Source of the DNA: Azolla caroliniana
Taxonomy: Eukaryota > Plantae > Polypodiophyta
DNA length: 28,165 nt
Assembly: GCA_043228905.1 (NCBI GenBank)
Contig: JBHGNT010000401.1
Coordinates: forward strand, 1-28,165
Direction: 5' to 3'
Shown: piece by piece, positions 10,915 through 23,500 of the stretch
Position numbering within the stretch: position 1 is the first letter of the stretch
Layout: the number at the start of each line of letters is the position of its first letter
The notes under the pieces: generated by a model
Databases searched by the model: none
The model's input: the letters and a program-made list of their open reading frames with translations, nothing else
What the model was told of the DNA's origin: nothing
Made by a program: the position numbers and the translations under genes

Positions 10915-13900
10915 CTAATACGAACATCTGATCAAATAGATGATATCATATAAGAAACAAGTGGACCAAAAACTACGAGCTATGCAACAAAAAGAAGGTA
11001 TGGCATAATTCCACCTCAGACCAAAAGTTGTATCTGAAAATAATGGAAGCCCTTGCCATCGTTTCTTAAAGGCCACTTGACGTTGCCATAGAACATTAGT
11101 CGAACCCTGCAGATCATCATATTGACCACATAGTGTATGGACAAATAACAGCCAGAATTCAATAAGCATGGTGTGGAGATGTATGTAAGCAGCATTGAAA
11201 ACAGTATCACATCTCAGTTTCCATATTATCGAAAGAGCTAATGACGTAATACTATGCCAAATAACTAGATTTTCAATTCTAAACCGTGGAATAGAAGATG
11301 GAAATGAGGTGAGATAGAGGTGTCCATGAGAAAAGTGAAAGACATGAGAAGCATGCCTACTTTCATACTTTATAACATCTCCATGGACACCCCATAATAT
11401 TGCACCCCACGAGAAAATAGAACGAGAATAATGTTGTCTCGGCAATAAAAACAACTTACTCCAAAATTGCTTGTTCCTAGGACATAAACAAAACACATGC
11501 AAAAAAGAATCCATAGATACCCCACAATGCATTCCACAAGCATATTCTTGATTTTGCCTCAACCAATCACCAACAGGAAGAGCATAATGCATCAACAGCC
11601 AACGAAAACAAATCACTTTTTTCGGCAACTACATACTCCACAACCATTTCCGAAATTTGGTAAGTTGCAATGCATGCACATTATTTGCAATCCAATGATT
11701 CATGGCCATAGGGCATTTACACTTTGATTGCAAGAACAAATTTCTACCTAGCTTAACCGAATATTTGAAAACTCCAAATGTTTACCATTTCCACCAGCAC
11801 TCGACTTTTACCATTGATAATTAGTCGGATCCTAGTCCAAATTGTAAAAAGGCTTTTTTCAAAAAACCCACAATGAACAACACCACAAGAATTCTTGAAA
11901 GAGTGGATCCAAAAACCATTTTTTTCTAGATCTTGCAACTACTCGAATAGTTGAAACATTGGCGGACATTCACACATCTGATCCAAAAAATACATGGCAC
12001 AATCTACCATCATCATCCACATTAAAGTATATAGCATAACTCGTAGTGTTAGTTACTTTAGCTCCTAAAATAACTTTGAAAGGAGATAAGTAACCAAACC
12101 AAATCTGATTGCTATGGGGGGACCATGAAGCCATAAATTGTCCCAATACCACTTGCATATCATTGCACATAATAGCACCCCCTTGAACTAAAAGCATCGA
12201 CAAAGATTGTAATGGTTGATTCATAACATAGCATCCCCATGATTGAACATTACCTACAACTAATACATTCAAAGAAGCCCAATTCAGCCGAGGACAACTA
12301 CCAAAGCAAAAAACCCATTCCATTAGAGAAGAGAAAAATACATGTCAAAGGTTGTCTCAACAAGTCATCCGTTGTCAAAGGCATCTTCCGGACCACAAAC
12401 TTTTTAACAGCTGACCAACTTGTGAGAATTCCATTAAAAAATCTATCTTATGAGATAAGATTGTTTTAAACAAATGAAAATTCTCAAAAAAGGCCCACCT
12501 TAATGAGGGTTGCCACATTCCACATATTGTCGAACACATAGTAGACAACCTATGCCTCATTAGCTGACTCCAACCACCTTGCATTGACAACATAGCTCTA
12601 CACACACATTTAGAAAGTAGAGGAGCAACTAACATATCTACATTAACATGAAGTCCCACTTGGCAACCTAAGTAATGAGTAGTGGTTCCATCAAGAACCC
12701 ACTTGAATTCTTGCGAAGGCATCCAAGTAGTAGGCAATGAATTTTGTGATACCCAAAAACCAAGAGATTTATGCCAATTTATCTTTGGCCCAGAGGCTAA
12801 ACAGAATTTCTCCACTACTACTTGCAATTTACTTAAATTATCGTCATTACCTTGGACATAAATTGTAGTATCATTTGTGAATTCTAAATCCAACAATTGT
12901 TATTGCATTGCAGGCAAAAACAAACCCTTCAGAGAAACTTGAGAAGAATTTAAATACATTGAAAATGTTTCCATTACTAGCAAAAATAGGAATGGGGCCA
13001 ATGGACAGCCTTGACGTACAGAACACGAAATAGAGAATTTTCTAGTTTGCCCATCGGCTACCAAGACTGAACTAAAGGCCTCATGATACAACGAAGCTAA
13101 AACCTTAATCCATTGAACAGGAAAACCTAATCTCAAAAATGAACCTTCCATGAAGTTCCAATCAACTTTGTCATATGCCTTTTCAAAATCTAATAAAAGT
13201 ACCGCAAGATCTTCTTTATTCTACATTGCAATCCCTGTTAATTCCCAGAACAGAAAAACATAATAAAAAATATTACGTTCTTGCATAAATCCCATGTGAG
13301 ATTCATGTACAATATCCGAAAGAAAGGGTTGTAATCTTAAAGCCAATAACTTAGTGTAAAGAAGGAGAAACATAGGTGGTGTTGTGCAACAGAAGCGAGT
13401 TGTGCGTGTGTGTGAATGCACGTAAGGCAAGATAGAGAGAGAGTAGACAGAGAGACAGAGAGAGAGAGCAAGAAGTTGTATTCAAGGGAAAAACAATAAG
13501 ATTACATCCAACAGTAACTAAGTTAAAAAGAGTTGGTTTAAATACCAACTAGTCTAGGGCAAGTGCCCTTTCTACTAATTACATTACACTTAGCATAAAT
13601 TTTGTAAATTGTATTCAATAGAGTAATGGGGCGCCAACCCTTAACCTCATCCGTAACTACATCACCATTCGGAATGAGGCATATCAATCCCTCTTTCCCC
13701 ATTTGTGGCAAAATACTTGTATTGAACATTTCTTGAAATGCTGCAAGTAAATCATCAACAATCAAATCCCAATGTGTAATGAAAAATTCTCTCCCCATGC
13801 CATCTACTCCCGGGCACGCATCGGGCCCAACACCTTTGATAGCCTACAATATTTCAAAGGAGGAAAATGGATGGAAAAGTTGATGCGATATCCGAGATGT

Positions 13901-14810
13901 TATCTTAACCGCAGTAGCAGTCCATACTTTTTGGCGCATTTGTAGAGTTTCGGCACTTGGAATATCTGCTGATAAAAACGACTCATAATAAACGGCTACA
14001 ATATGCCTCATTTCATCTCTATCCATTGTGACAGTTTCGTCAGATCTTTTCAATGGCACAATCTGAATTTTATTGCTTTTAGGCATAACATGTTGGAAAT
14101 TGTTTTTGACATGGTGTCACCTTTTGCACACCATCTTGTTGCAGAGGCTTGAAAAAAAAATTGAACACATTTTTGCTACAAAGAAGTTATAAGCATCACA
14201 ACATTTTGTAATTCAGAATGAATATGTTGAGAATGAGGGTGTTTTTATTGCAAAATTTGAAGAGAAGTCAAACCTCTCTTAGCATTCAAAAATTTTCTAG
14301 TGTAATTACTTTGTTTTAACTTAGCTTGTTGTATAAAGAAGTTGGAAACTACTTGAAAAGCATTCTGTAGTTTCTGACAATCAGAATCCCCTACAACCAT
14401 TCTCCAAAGTGAAAAAATTGTATGTTGCAAATTCACATCATCAACAATAAAGCTTGGCACGTACAATCGAGAAATACAAGTATGGTTGTCTATACAAAAT
14501 TTGAGCATAATTGGAGCATGATCGGAGAACGAAGTGCCCGATATAATAGCCACATATCCTCCACGATCCCAAAAAAAGGAATCTGCATAAAACGTATCTA
14601 TTCTAGACAAATTGAGAGCAGCACTTCTTCGATTGGAACGTGAATATAACAAAGAATTAGGCATGCGAGAGAAAGTAGGAATATGCCACAAATCAGTAAC
14701 TTCATATTTGAAAATTAATTTCTCCCACTCATGCAATTCCAAACCCAAGATAGTAGTAGAAGATCCACAAAATCTATCAATAAGGCTTTCAATCAGGACC
14801 ATACTACATT
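10915..14810 (-). pseudogene. LINE ORF2 (endonuclease-RT-zinc finger), disrupted
   Basis: ORF pieces from 14245..14970 to 10915..11628. The catalytic FADD motif has decayed to FTND. Confidence 0.88.
13355..13588 (-). mobile_element. Short solo LTR (234 bp) in the LINE RT
   Basis: TGTAA...TTACA ends, TSD CTTAG (13350-13354, 13589-13593). Removing it restores 'IYKIYAK|LLALRLQ'. Strand inferred from TATTTAAAA on minus. Confidence 0.9.
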
Positions 14811-16236
14811 CAAGCAATGCTAAGGGAGGGGGAATGACTAGAATAATCTCCATAGATGGAGCAGAAACCAACATTCCTATATCTTGCCTCAAAGTGTCCA
14901 TACTATATTCCAACAGTGCAAATTGAGGGAGATTAGAGCAAAGCATATCAACACTTTTCCCCTTGCCCACTTTATCAAAAGCCTTTTCTTGCTAAATTTC
15001 ATGAGGCAACAAAGTAGTGACAGCACTATATTTTGATTATTCATAACGGCAATAGGCTTCACATGGGGTAGCCAAAATAGTCTTTTGCCAAATGGCCAAT
15101 TTTTTTACAAGAAAAACACTAGTAAGGCAAACCGAAATAAAGCACTTTCTGAATTTTCTGAAACATATTACCTTGCAGCTTTAGAAGACACATCTAATTA
15201 GATAAAACTGCATCCTTTTTACAGAGTAACTTGATAGACGGAGCTCCTCTTTTTTCTACAATGTCCAAGTTAGAAACGTAGATGAGTTAACATGTAGAAC
15301 TCTTCTAATTGTTGCTCCAATTTTGTGAAGAACCTCCCTCCACTCCTTATCTAGGCCTAGAAAAACAGTAGTACACGTAAAGTATCCTGTTGCCTCCGCC
15401 CTGTAGAACTGCCGTATCAAAACCGTGGGTCCATGGGAAAAAAAGAACTCATGCACCTGAAATCTCTACCGATTGAATGGAAAGGCGATTACAAAAAGAA
15501 GAATGTTCTACAAACTCCAAATGATAGCGGCTTCGGCCCATCAGATGTATATCAATAATCTTATCGAGTTTCTCCTGTAATGTTGCCCAAAGAAGATGAC
15601 AGAGATCCCCTCTACTCGGTTGTTTTTCAACGATTTGGGCAACAACTGAGTACTACTCCAAGAATTTGACTTCATTGAGGACAACGAGCTCATCCTCCAG
15701 TGCCAATTGAACATCAATAGTATTGTCAATCGTAGGAGAAGCAGGAGCCAATTCACTGGATCGCTCCCTGGACGTTGATGACAATGGTGTAGACATAAAA
15801 TCTCTTCTTATCATGAATATGTAAGTTTCACTATTTCGTGAGTAATCGTTCTCTTTTCCCTTCCAATTCCTTCTCCTTCCTTTTCCCCAAACACCACCAC
15901 CATTAATTTCTTCTACTTCTACTTCTTTACATGAGCTATGATGGATAAAAAGTTAGTCTTGAAAAGAAAGCGAACATGTTGGAATAGTTGTTGCAAAGGA
16001 GCATAATGAATTTGCCTCCCAATGGTTGCTTTCCTTCTTCTGTTGTGTAAGCCATGAGTCTTAGAGAAGTTCAGGAGTCGTTGGGTAAGATGGTGAGGGT
16101 CTGATGCCGAAGAACGTAGACAAGAGAACAACCATGATAGTTAGAGAAGTGCATCCTTGTGGGGTACTCGCTTGAGCAAAACGGTTACAAATGCTTCAAC
16201 CCATCTACTTGAAAGGTTTGCATAAGTCGAGACATT

Positions 16237-17725
16237 GTGTTTGATGAATCAACATCATGGTACACACCTAAGCCGACTTCACCCCAACAAATCATGGCTG
16301 ATTTTGAAGTCAACTCGGACAACGACGAACAACTAAGGGTAATACCCAAGGAGAGTCTGATCTCAACCAGTTTGAGTGAACCACAAGAGCCTATAACCGA
16401 GCAGAGCATGTCACAGCCAAGTCCGATATCAGACAAGGAAAGGCCAAAAGGCTCAAGTATGAGGACAACCACTCTGACAATAGTGATGCAGATGAATGGG
16501 CACAAACAGTTGACATCAAATTCAGTGTTCCCATCATGAGGACACCCGAAGTAAAGAAAGCACTCATAGCAGCAAACGAAAAACTTCGTCACTCCACCTG
16601 ACAAAAGAACCAATTCAATCAATTCTGGTACAACAACTACATGGCATACCACTATGCCTTTATGATGAAGATGGCAACCGTTCGAGAGTCGAAAAGCTTT
16701 GTCAAAGCTTCTCAAGATCCATGATGGGTCGAATCAATGAACGGCGAAGTCGTGTTTGATGAATCAACATCATGGTATGCACCTGAGCCGACTTCACCCC
16801 AACAAATCATGACTGATTTTGAAGTCAACCCGGATGACAACAAACAGCTAAGGGTAATACCCGAGGAGATTCTGACCTCAACTAGATTGAGTGAACCACA
16901 AGAGCCTACAAGAGAACAAAGCATGTCACAGCCAAGTTCGATATTGGACAAAGGAAACGCCAAAATGCTTGAGTATGAGGACAACCACTCTGACAAGAGT
17001 GATGCAAATGAATGGACCCAAACAGTTGACAACGAATTCAGTGTTCCCATCATGAGGACACCCGAAGTAAAGAAAGCACTAATTGCGGCAAACGAAAAAC
17101 TTCGTCACTCCACCTGAGAAAAGAGCCCAGTCAGTCAATTCGGGTATAACGACTACATGGCATACCACTATGCCTTTATGATGAACCTGGCAACCATTCG
17201 AGAGCCGGAAAGCTTTGCCGAAGCCGCTCAAGATTCACAATGGGTCGAAGCAATGAACGATGAAGTTGTGAACTTTGATGAATCAACATCATGGTATGCA
17301 CCTAAGCCTACTTTGCCCCAACAAATCATGGGCAATTTTGAAGTCAACTAGGACGACAATGAACAGCTAAGGGTAATACCTGAGGAGAGCCTGATCTCAA
17401 CCAAATTGAGTGAACCACAAGAGCCTACAAGCGAGAAAAGCATGTCACAACCAAGTCCAATATCATACAAAGGAAAGGCCAAAATGCTCAAGTATGAGGA
17501 CAACCACTCCGACAAGAGTGATGCAGATGAATGGGTACAAACAGTTGACAATGAATTCAGTGTTCCCATCATGAGGACACCCGAAGTAAAGAAAGCACTC
17601 ATAGCGGCAAACAAAAAACTTTGTCACTCCACCTGAGAAAAGAACCTAGTCAATCAATTCGGGTACAATGACTACATGCATACCGTTGAAGATCCACAAT
17701 GGGTTGAAGCAATGGACAAGGAAGT
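16237..17725 (+). repeat. Three tandem copies of an approximately 516-bp copia integrase-RT linker
   Basis: 'FDESTSWY' is encoded at about 16240, 16755 and 17274. Copy 3 has an internal deletion near 17680. Confidence 0.93.
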
Positions 17726-17932
17726 GCGAGCACTGAACAAAGTCAAAACTTGGGACCTTGTTCTTCACTCACCTCACAAGAAAGCAATCAATTGTAGATG
17801 GATTTACAAAGTAAAGTATAATTCCAATGCCACTGTCAACAACGACAAACCCCAACTTGTAGCGAAAGGCTACACGCAGACACACGGGGTCGATTATGAA
17901 GAAATCTTTGCCCCGGTGGCAAAGATGATAAT

Positions 17933-18024
17933 TGTCAGGAATAGTACTAAGACAGAGAGGAAATTAGTACTAAGAGATGAATATTAGTACTAAGAGGAAA
18001 AGAGGGTGTAGAACACTCGAGAGA

Positions 18025-18074
<50 letters not shown>

Positions 18075-18366
18075 TGATGACAATGATATATTATGTGAAA
18101 AGAATATACAAGGATGGCTAAGAGGCTTAAGACTGGCATTGAACCGATTTGCTTCAAAATAATGCCTTGTGCCTCCTTTATAGTGTTCTCAGGAGTACTC
18201 CTGAAGTTTCTAGAATGTTCTAGAGAAATTTGGAATATACATCAATTTTCTATAGTAAAACTTAAATGAAAATAATATCCTTTGTATTACAACATATAGT
18301 CTAATGGTCAAGAGTTCCACCCATGTAACATAAGGTCATGGGTTTGAGTATTGCCGTATCATGACA
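17933..18366 (-). repeat. 3' LTR of C (434 bp)
   Basis: TG...CA ends, direct repeat of 24717-25135, (GA)22. Confidence 0.95.
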
Positions 18367-21300
18367 TTATTCCCCCTTTAAAACGATGAGTGTCACGAGT
18401 CGTTTTGGATTGAGGACCCGGTTTGTCTGGATATTGACGATGGAAGTCTTCAAGAAGAGCACGAGCATTGGTCACATTCTCTATTGGTTCCCAAGTACGC
18501 TCGTTGGGACTATATCCTAGCCAATCGACTAAATAGTAGAGCTTGTTGCGAACAATCTTGGAATCCAGGATGGCGGCAACCTTGTACTCAGGTCCATCTT
18601 CAAGTTCGACTAGGGGTGGAGGTTGTTTAATATGACCTGGAAAGGTGTTGTCTTGATAGGGTTCGAGGAGAGAACTATGAAACACTGGATGTATCCGAAG
18701 TTGTGGAGGTAGATCGAGACAAAAAGCGACATCATTAATTTTTCCGATAATACGGAAAGGACCTAATCGTCAATAATCCAACTTCTCGCATGGACGAGTA
18801 GTCTTGATGTGTCGTCGTAATAGCCATACCCGATCTCCAATGTTAAAACTAGATGGAAGCCAATGACGATCCGCGTAAAGCTTGTGTGTTTGTTGAGCTT
18901 GTTGTAGATGAGTAGATAAATCCTCTTGTATCTTCCGTAACCGCTCCAAACAATCCTCTACGCAAGGATTTGTGGGTAACTCTGGGGTTTCAAATACACA
19001 CCACCAGGGGTGACAGCCCGTATAAGCATAAAATGGTGTAACCTTTGTCGATGAGTGGACAGAGTTATTATACGCAAATTCGGCGAAGTGGAGAATATCC
19101 CCCCAGTCATCTTGATGATAGCTTAGAAAGCACCGAAGATACTGCTCCAGTCTTTGATTTGTTTGTTCCGATTGGCCGTTTGTTTGCGGGTGGTAGCCGG
19201 AGAAGAGGTTACAAGTGATCTTGAGCATTTTAAAGAGGTGCTTCCAGAATTTCGAGACGAACTGTTGTCCACGGTCGCTGATGATACTATCGGGAAGGTC
19301 ATTATGCCGACATACTTCACACATGATAGTTTTGGCGGTTTCTTCACTGGAGATTTCCTTAGTACATTGCAAGAAATGGGCCATCTTCGTATATCGATCT
19401 ACTACTGTTAAGATCGCATCGAATCCCTTAGAGACCGGAAGATCTGTCATGATAACTAGAGCAATGGATTGCCACGGCTTGCTTGGAATTGGTAATGGGT
19501 CTAATAAACCATATGGATGATTCCTTAGCATTTTTGCTCTGCAACATGTATCACAAGTCCGAACAAAATCTTCGACAAATTATCGCATATGGGGCCACTA
19601 GAATGATCATTATACTAAATCTAAAGTTTTAGTACTACCAAAATGCCCAACTGTATATGTGTCATGACAGTTTTGGACTACTCGAAGGTGACAAGAACCA
19701 TTAGGAACATACAAGAGTTTCTTAAAGAATAGTAATCCATCATGACATTTGAATTGTCAATAGACTGGCAGTGGTTATTGCAATTGTGAACAAGATGCTC
19801 AAGAGGGATCAATTTGTGCTAGAATTTCTTGGGTGAAAGCATTTGTCTTCAAGTCCTCACGTATGGTATTGATAACGAGGGAATCCAAAGGCATCCGAAG
19901 ACATGCGTTGCTTGCAGTCGTGCCGGTCCGAGGATTACTTGCTTTTGGTTATCGAAAGCTGGCTTGCCAGGACGCGGTGCTAGATAGGAGCGTCGTGATA
20001 ATGCATCTGCCTTCCCTTGTTGCTTCCCCGTACGATATGTGATTTTGAAGTCAAAATGAGTGAGGAATTGGGCCCACTGAGCTTGACGTCGATTTAACAC
20101 ACGAGCATTCTGAAAGTAGGCAAAGTTTTTGTGATCACTGAATACGGTGACTTGATGAGAAGATCTCTCTAGAAAATGCCTCCATTGCATAAAAGAGTCC
20201 ATTATTGCTAATAGCTCCTTATCATGAATTTCATAGTTGATTTCTGCGGCGTCAAACTTGCGTGAGTGGAAAGCCACAGGATGTAGCTTTTCATCATCGC
20301 CTTATTGTGACAGAATGCTACCCAAGGCAAAATCCAATGCGTCTGCTTCAATGATGAATGGGTTTTCCGGATCAACATGAGCTAGAATAGGAGCTGATGT
20401 AAATGCCTTCTTAAGACTCTCAAAAGCCATGTCTGCTTCTTCAGACCAAACGAAAGATTGTCCCTTTCTCGTAAGTTGTGTGAGAGGCAAAACAAGCTTT
20501 GAGTAATCATGTATAAACTTGTGGTAGAAATTAGCAAAGCCTAAAAATCATAGCAAATCTTGCAATGAACGCGGAGTCTTCCACTCTACCACCGTTTTGA
20601 CCTTAGCTGGATCCATGGAGATGCCTTCCGAGGAAATGACATAGCCTAGAAATTCTACCTGGTTGCACCCAAAACTACATTTTTCCAGCTTTGCATAAAG
20701 ACCATGTTCTCAAATCATCGTTTTAGTACTAACATTACATGAGAATCATGCTCTTCTTGGGAACTTTTCAAATAAACCAGTAGATCATCCAAATAGATGA
20801 TCAAACAAACATCCAAGAGATCTCGGAATATATCATTTCCCATGTGCTAAAAGACTGTTGGCGCATTAGTGGGGCCGAATGGCATGACCATTGTCGTGAA
20901 GATCCGTCACTAAGTGCGGATCGTGAGGTGGAACTACCGGGGTTCTGGACCGGAAGGACTGGAAGTTTGCACTAGCTTTAGCGAGAAAGGATTTAAGATA
21001 GATTGAAAGAGAGAGATTGAGATAAGATATAACACTTGACTTTAGATTGAGAGAGAGATTAAGATTGAACTCTTGACTTTAGATTTGAAGAACAAGATTA
21101 ATACAATTGGATAACGAATTTTTATCTTAATATTAATTTTGATATAAAGTACCAAGCCCCCCTTGATCTTTTTCATCCACCCTTTTATAGATGCTCCCAT
21201 GCATATGATGCATGTGAGGGTACAAGACATGCATACAATGCATGTGATGCATGTTTGCCATTTGGTGCTCATGCATCACATGTCACTCAATCAAGATGAG

Positions 21301-23500
21301 AATTTACATGTAAAGCTATAATGATAAAAATATAATCCCTAAAGAAATTATTTGGCTTAATGGTAACCTATTGCTTTCTATCTTGGAGGTGCAAAGTTCG
21401 AGTCTTGCTTACATATTTTTCTTTTATGCACAAAATACTATTAGGCTTTTGGACCAAATATCGTTAAGACACTATGCACCGCGATCAACCGACCCAACCG
21501 ATCCGTCCAACCAGTCTGCATCCCAATCCGATTCAATCCGCATCCCGAGTCGTTTGCCGGTCGTCGATCGGTTGATGCTTGTCGGTCGCCGGTTCTGTTG
21601 CCGGTCCCGCAAACCTTTACACCCACTCATCCAATTAGCTTAGTTCAAGTCACCTTAAACTTTCTATGCTCCACACAAACACAAAGATAATAGCTTTTGC
21701 TCTGCCTTATATATGGTGAGATCCTTATTTGTCCTATCTATGTGGGTTATCTCACAGTTTTATCTTTCTCTTTTCCTTTGCAAACTTCCTACCCACATTA
21801 CTTGAGACTTAGATGTCCTTTTCTTATATAGTAAAGTGCATTTGAAAGCTCTTGAAGACCTCCATCTTTTTGTACTAAGATATTAAACTTATTTAAAATA
21901 GTATTTTCACTATTATTGTTTTATATGATTCATACTCGATTTCGTATGTTTTATGCGATTTTCACACCATTGCCGAAAATCTTCACGACATCTCAACGCA
22001 ACTGCCCAAGTCTCCAGATGGAGTGTCCTACATGGGTATCACCACCGTCCATCTTTTGGGTCTCACCTTAGCTTTTTGCAACTGCCCAAGTCTCCGGAAC
22101 ATGTGTGCTCCTCACATAGACACAAAGATAATAGCTTTTGCTCTACCTTATATATGGTCAGATCCTTATTTTTCCTGTCTATGTGGGTTATCTCACAGTT
22201 TTATCTTTCTCTTTTCCTTTGCAAACTTCCTACCCACATAACTTGAGACTTAGATGTCCGTTGCTTATGTAGTAAAGTGCATTCGAAAGCTCTTGAAGAC
22301 CTCCATCTTTTTGTATTAAGATATTAAACTTATTTAAAATAGTATTCTCACTATTATTGTTTTATATGATTCATACTCGATTTTGTATATTCCTCACAAG
22401 TTTCACACTATTGTCAAAAATCTTCACGACACCGTATACTCGAAGTGCCCATATCTGGTGTGAAACACGATTTTCCATTCATCTCCTGGTCGGATCCGTA
22501 CGAGGTTATCTGCTCCTCATAAGTCGATCTTTGTGAAGAACCTTGCACCATTGATCCGTTCTAAAAGACTTGAGATAAGGGCAAGTGCATACCTATTCTT
22601 GATAGTGACCTTATTCAAGCCACGGTAATCTACGATGAGACGAAGTGATCCATCCTTTTTGTTAACGAAGACAATGGGTGCGCCGGCTGGAGATTTCAAA
22701 TGTCGAATGAAACCATTTGCCAAATTCTCCTCTATATAGGCTCGAAGGACTTCTAGCTCGTTTGGTGACAAATTGTAGATCGGTTCCCATGGTGGCTCTT
22801 TTCCCATTTGTAAATCGATGGGGCAATCATATGGTCGATGGTGAGGAAGCATATTGGCTTGTACTTTATCGAACACATCGGCATAATGACGATACTTGTT
22901 TGGAAGGTGAACGGTGGACTCCTCTTTAGTGGTGTTGGAGGGTTTTACTAATACTATGAAGAGAAACATCTCTTCCTTTCGTCCTTCATCACGCAAATAA
23001 TGTAGCGAAATTGTTACAATCTTATGAGTAGATCCTCGGGTTTGTCGATACCGGATTTCTCTTGTTCTCCAATCTATGTCTGGGTTATGTAATTCGATCC
23101 ATGGTAATCCCAAAACAATGGGATGTTCTAGGATACTAATTATATTAAATGATACTAGACACACTAAATTATCTAGGACAATATTAACAGGCTCTGACTA
23201 TTCTATGATATTTCTGGAAGCAATGGGACGACCATCAATGACTACTATAGAGGCTAAACATGGGAGTTTTCTTAGGGATATGTGATGAGCTTGGGCAAAA
23301 TTCCTATCCATGAAGCAAGAATTAGCTCCGGAATCTAGGAGTGTTGAGACATGTACTAGAGGGGTACTTTTAGTACTAACTGTTACTTGAGCTAAGAACA
23401 CATTGCTAACTTGCTTAGAGGGAATGGAACCACTAATGGGTTGCACAGATCTAGGGTTGTCCAACCAAACAGCTCCTATTTTTGCTAGACTTAGTCGTTT
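18359..23500 (-). pseudogene. pol: pol of C (protease, RT, RNase H, integrase, chromodomain), interrupted at 20892-22435
   Basis: 'LLDSGANSCFMD', '[16 protein letters not shown]', 'EYT|VMPFG', 'IYLDDLL', '[14 protein letters not shown]', 'ISDRGQQF', 'YYLVDWLGYSPNERTWEP'. Confidence 0.94.
20892..22431 (-). mobile_element. Internally deleted LTR element G: full LTR 20892-21990, about 110-bp spacer, partial second LTR about 22105-22431
   Basis: Perfect 12-bp terminal inverted repeat TGTCGTGAAGAT, 4-bp TSD CCAT/CCGT. 21665-21990 is repeated at about 22105-22431. TATAAAA on minus near 21189. Confidence 0.88.

Larger units (their letters stand above)
10812..16143 (-). mobile_element. L1-like LINE with poly(A) tail and 13-bp TSD
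   Basis: T-run 10813-10821. TSD GAGAAGTGCATYC (10799-10811, 16144-16156). Endonuclease 'SRIDTFY...SDHAPI', RT 'WRPITLLNTIYK', 'LDFEKAYD', 'VRQGCPLAP', and a C-terminal Cys/His region. Confidence 0.93.

Noticed and set aside
16185-17614. Three similar minus-strand ORFs as a novel gene family
   Set aside because: They are antisense shadows of the triplicated copia linker.
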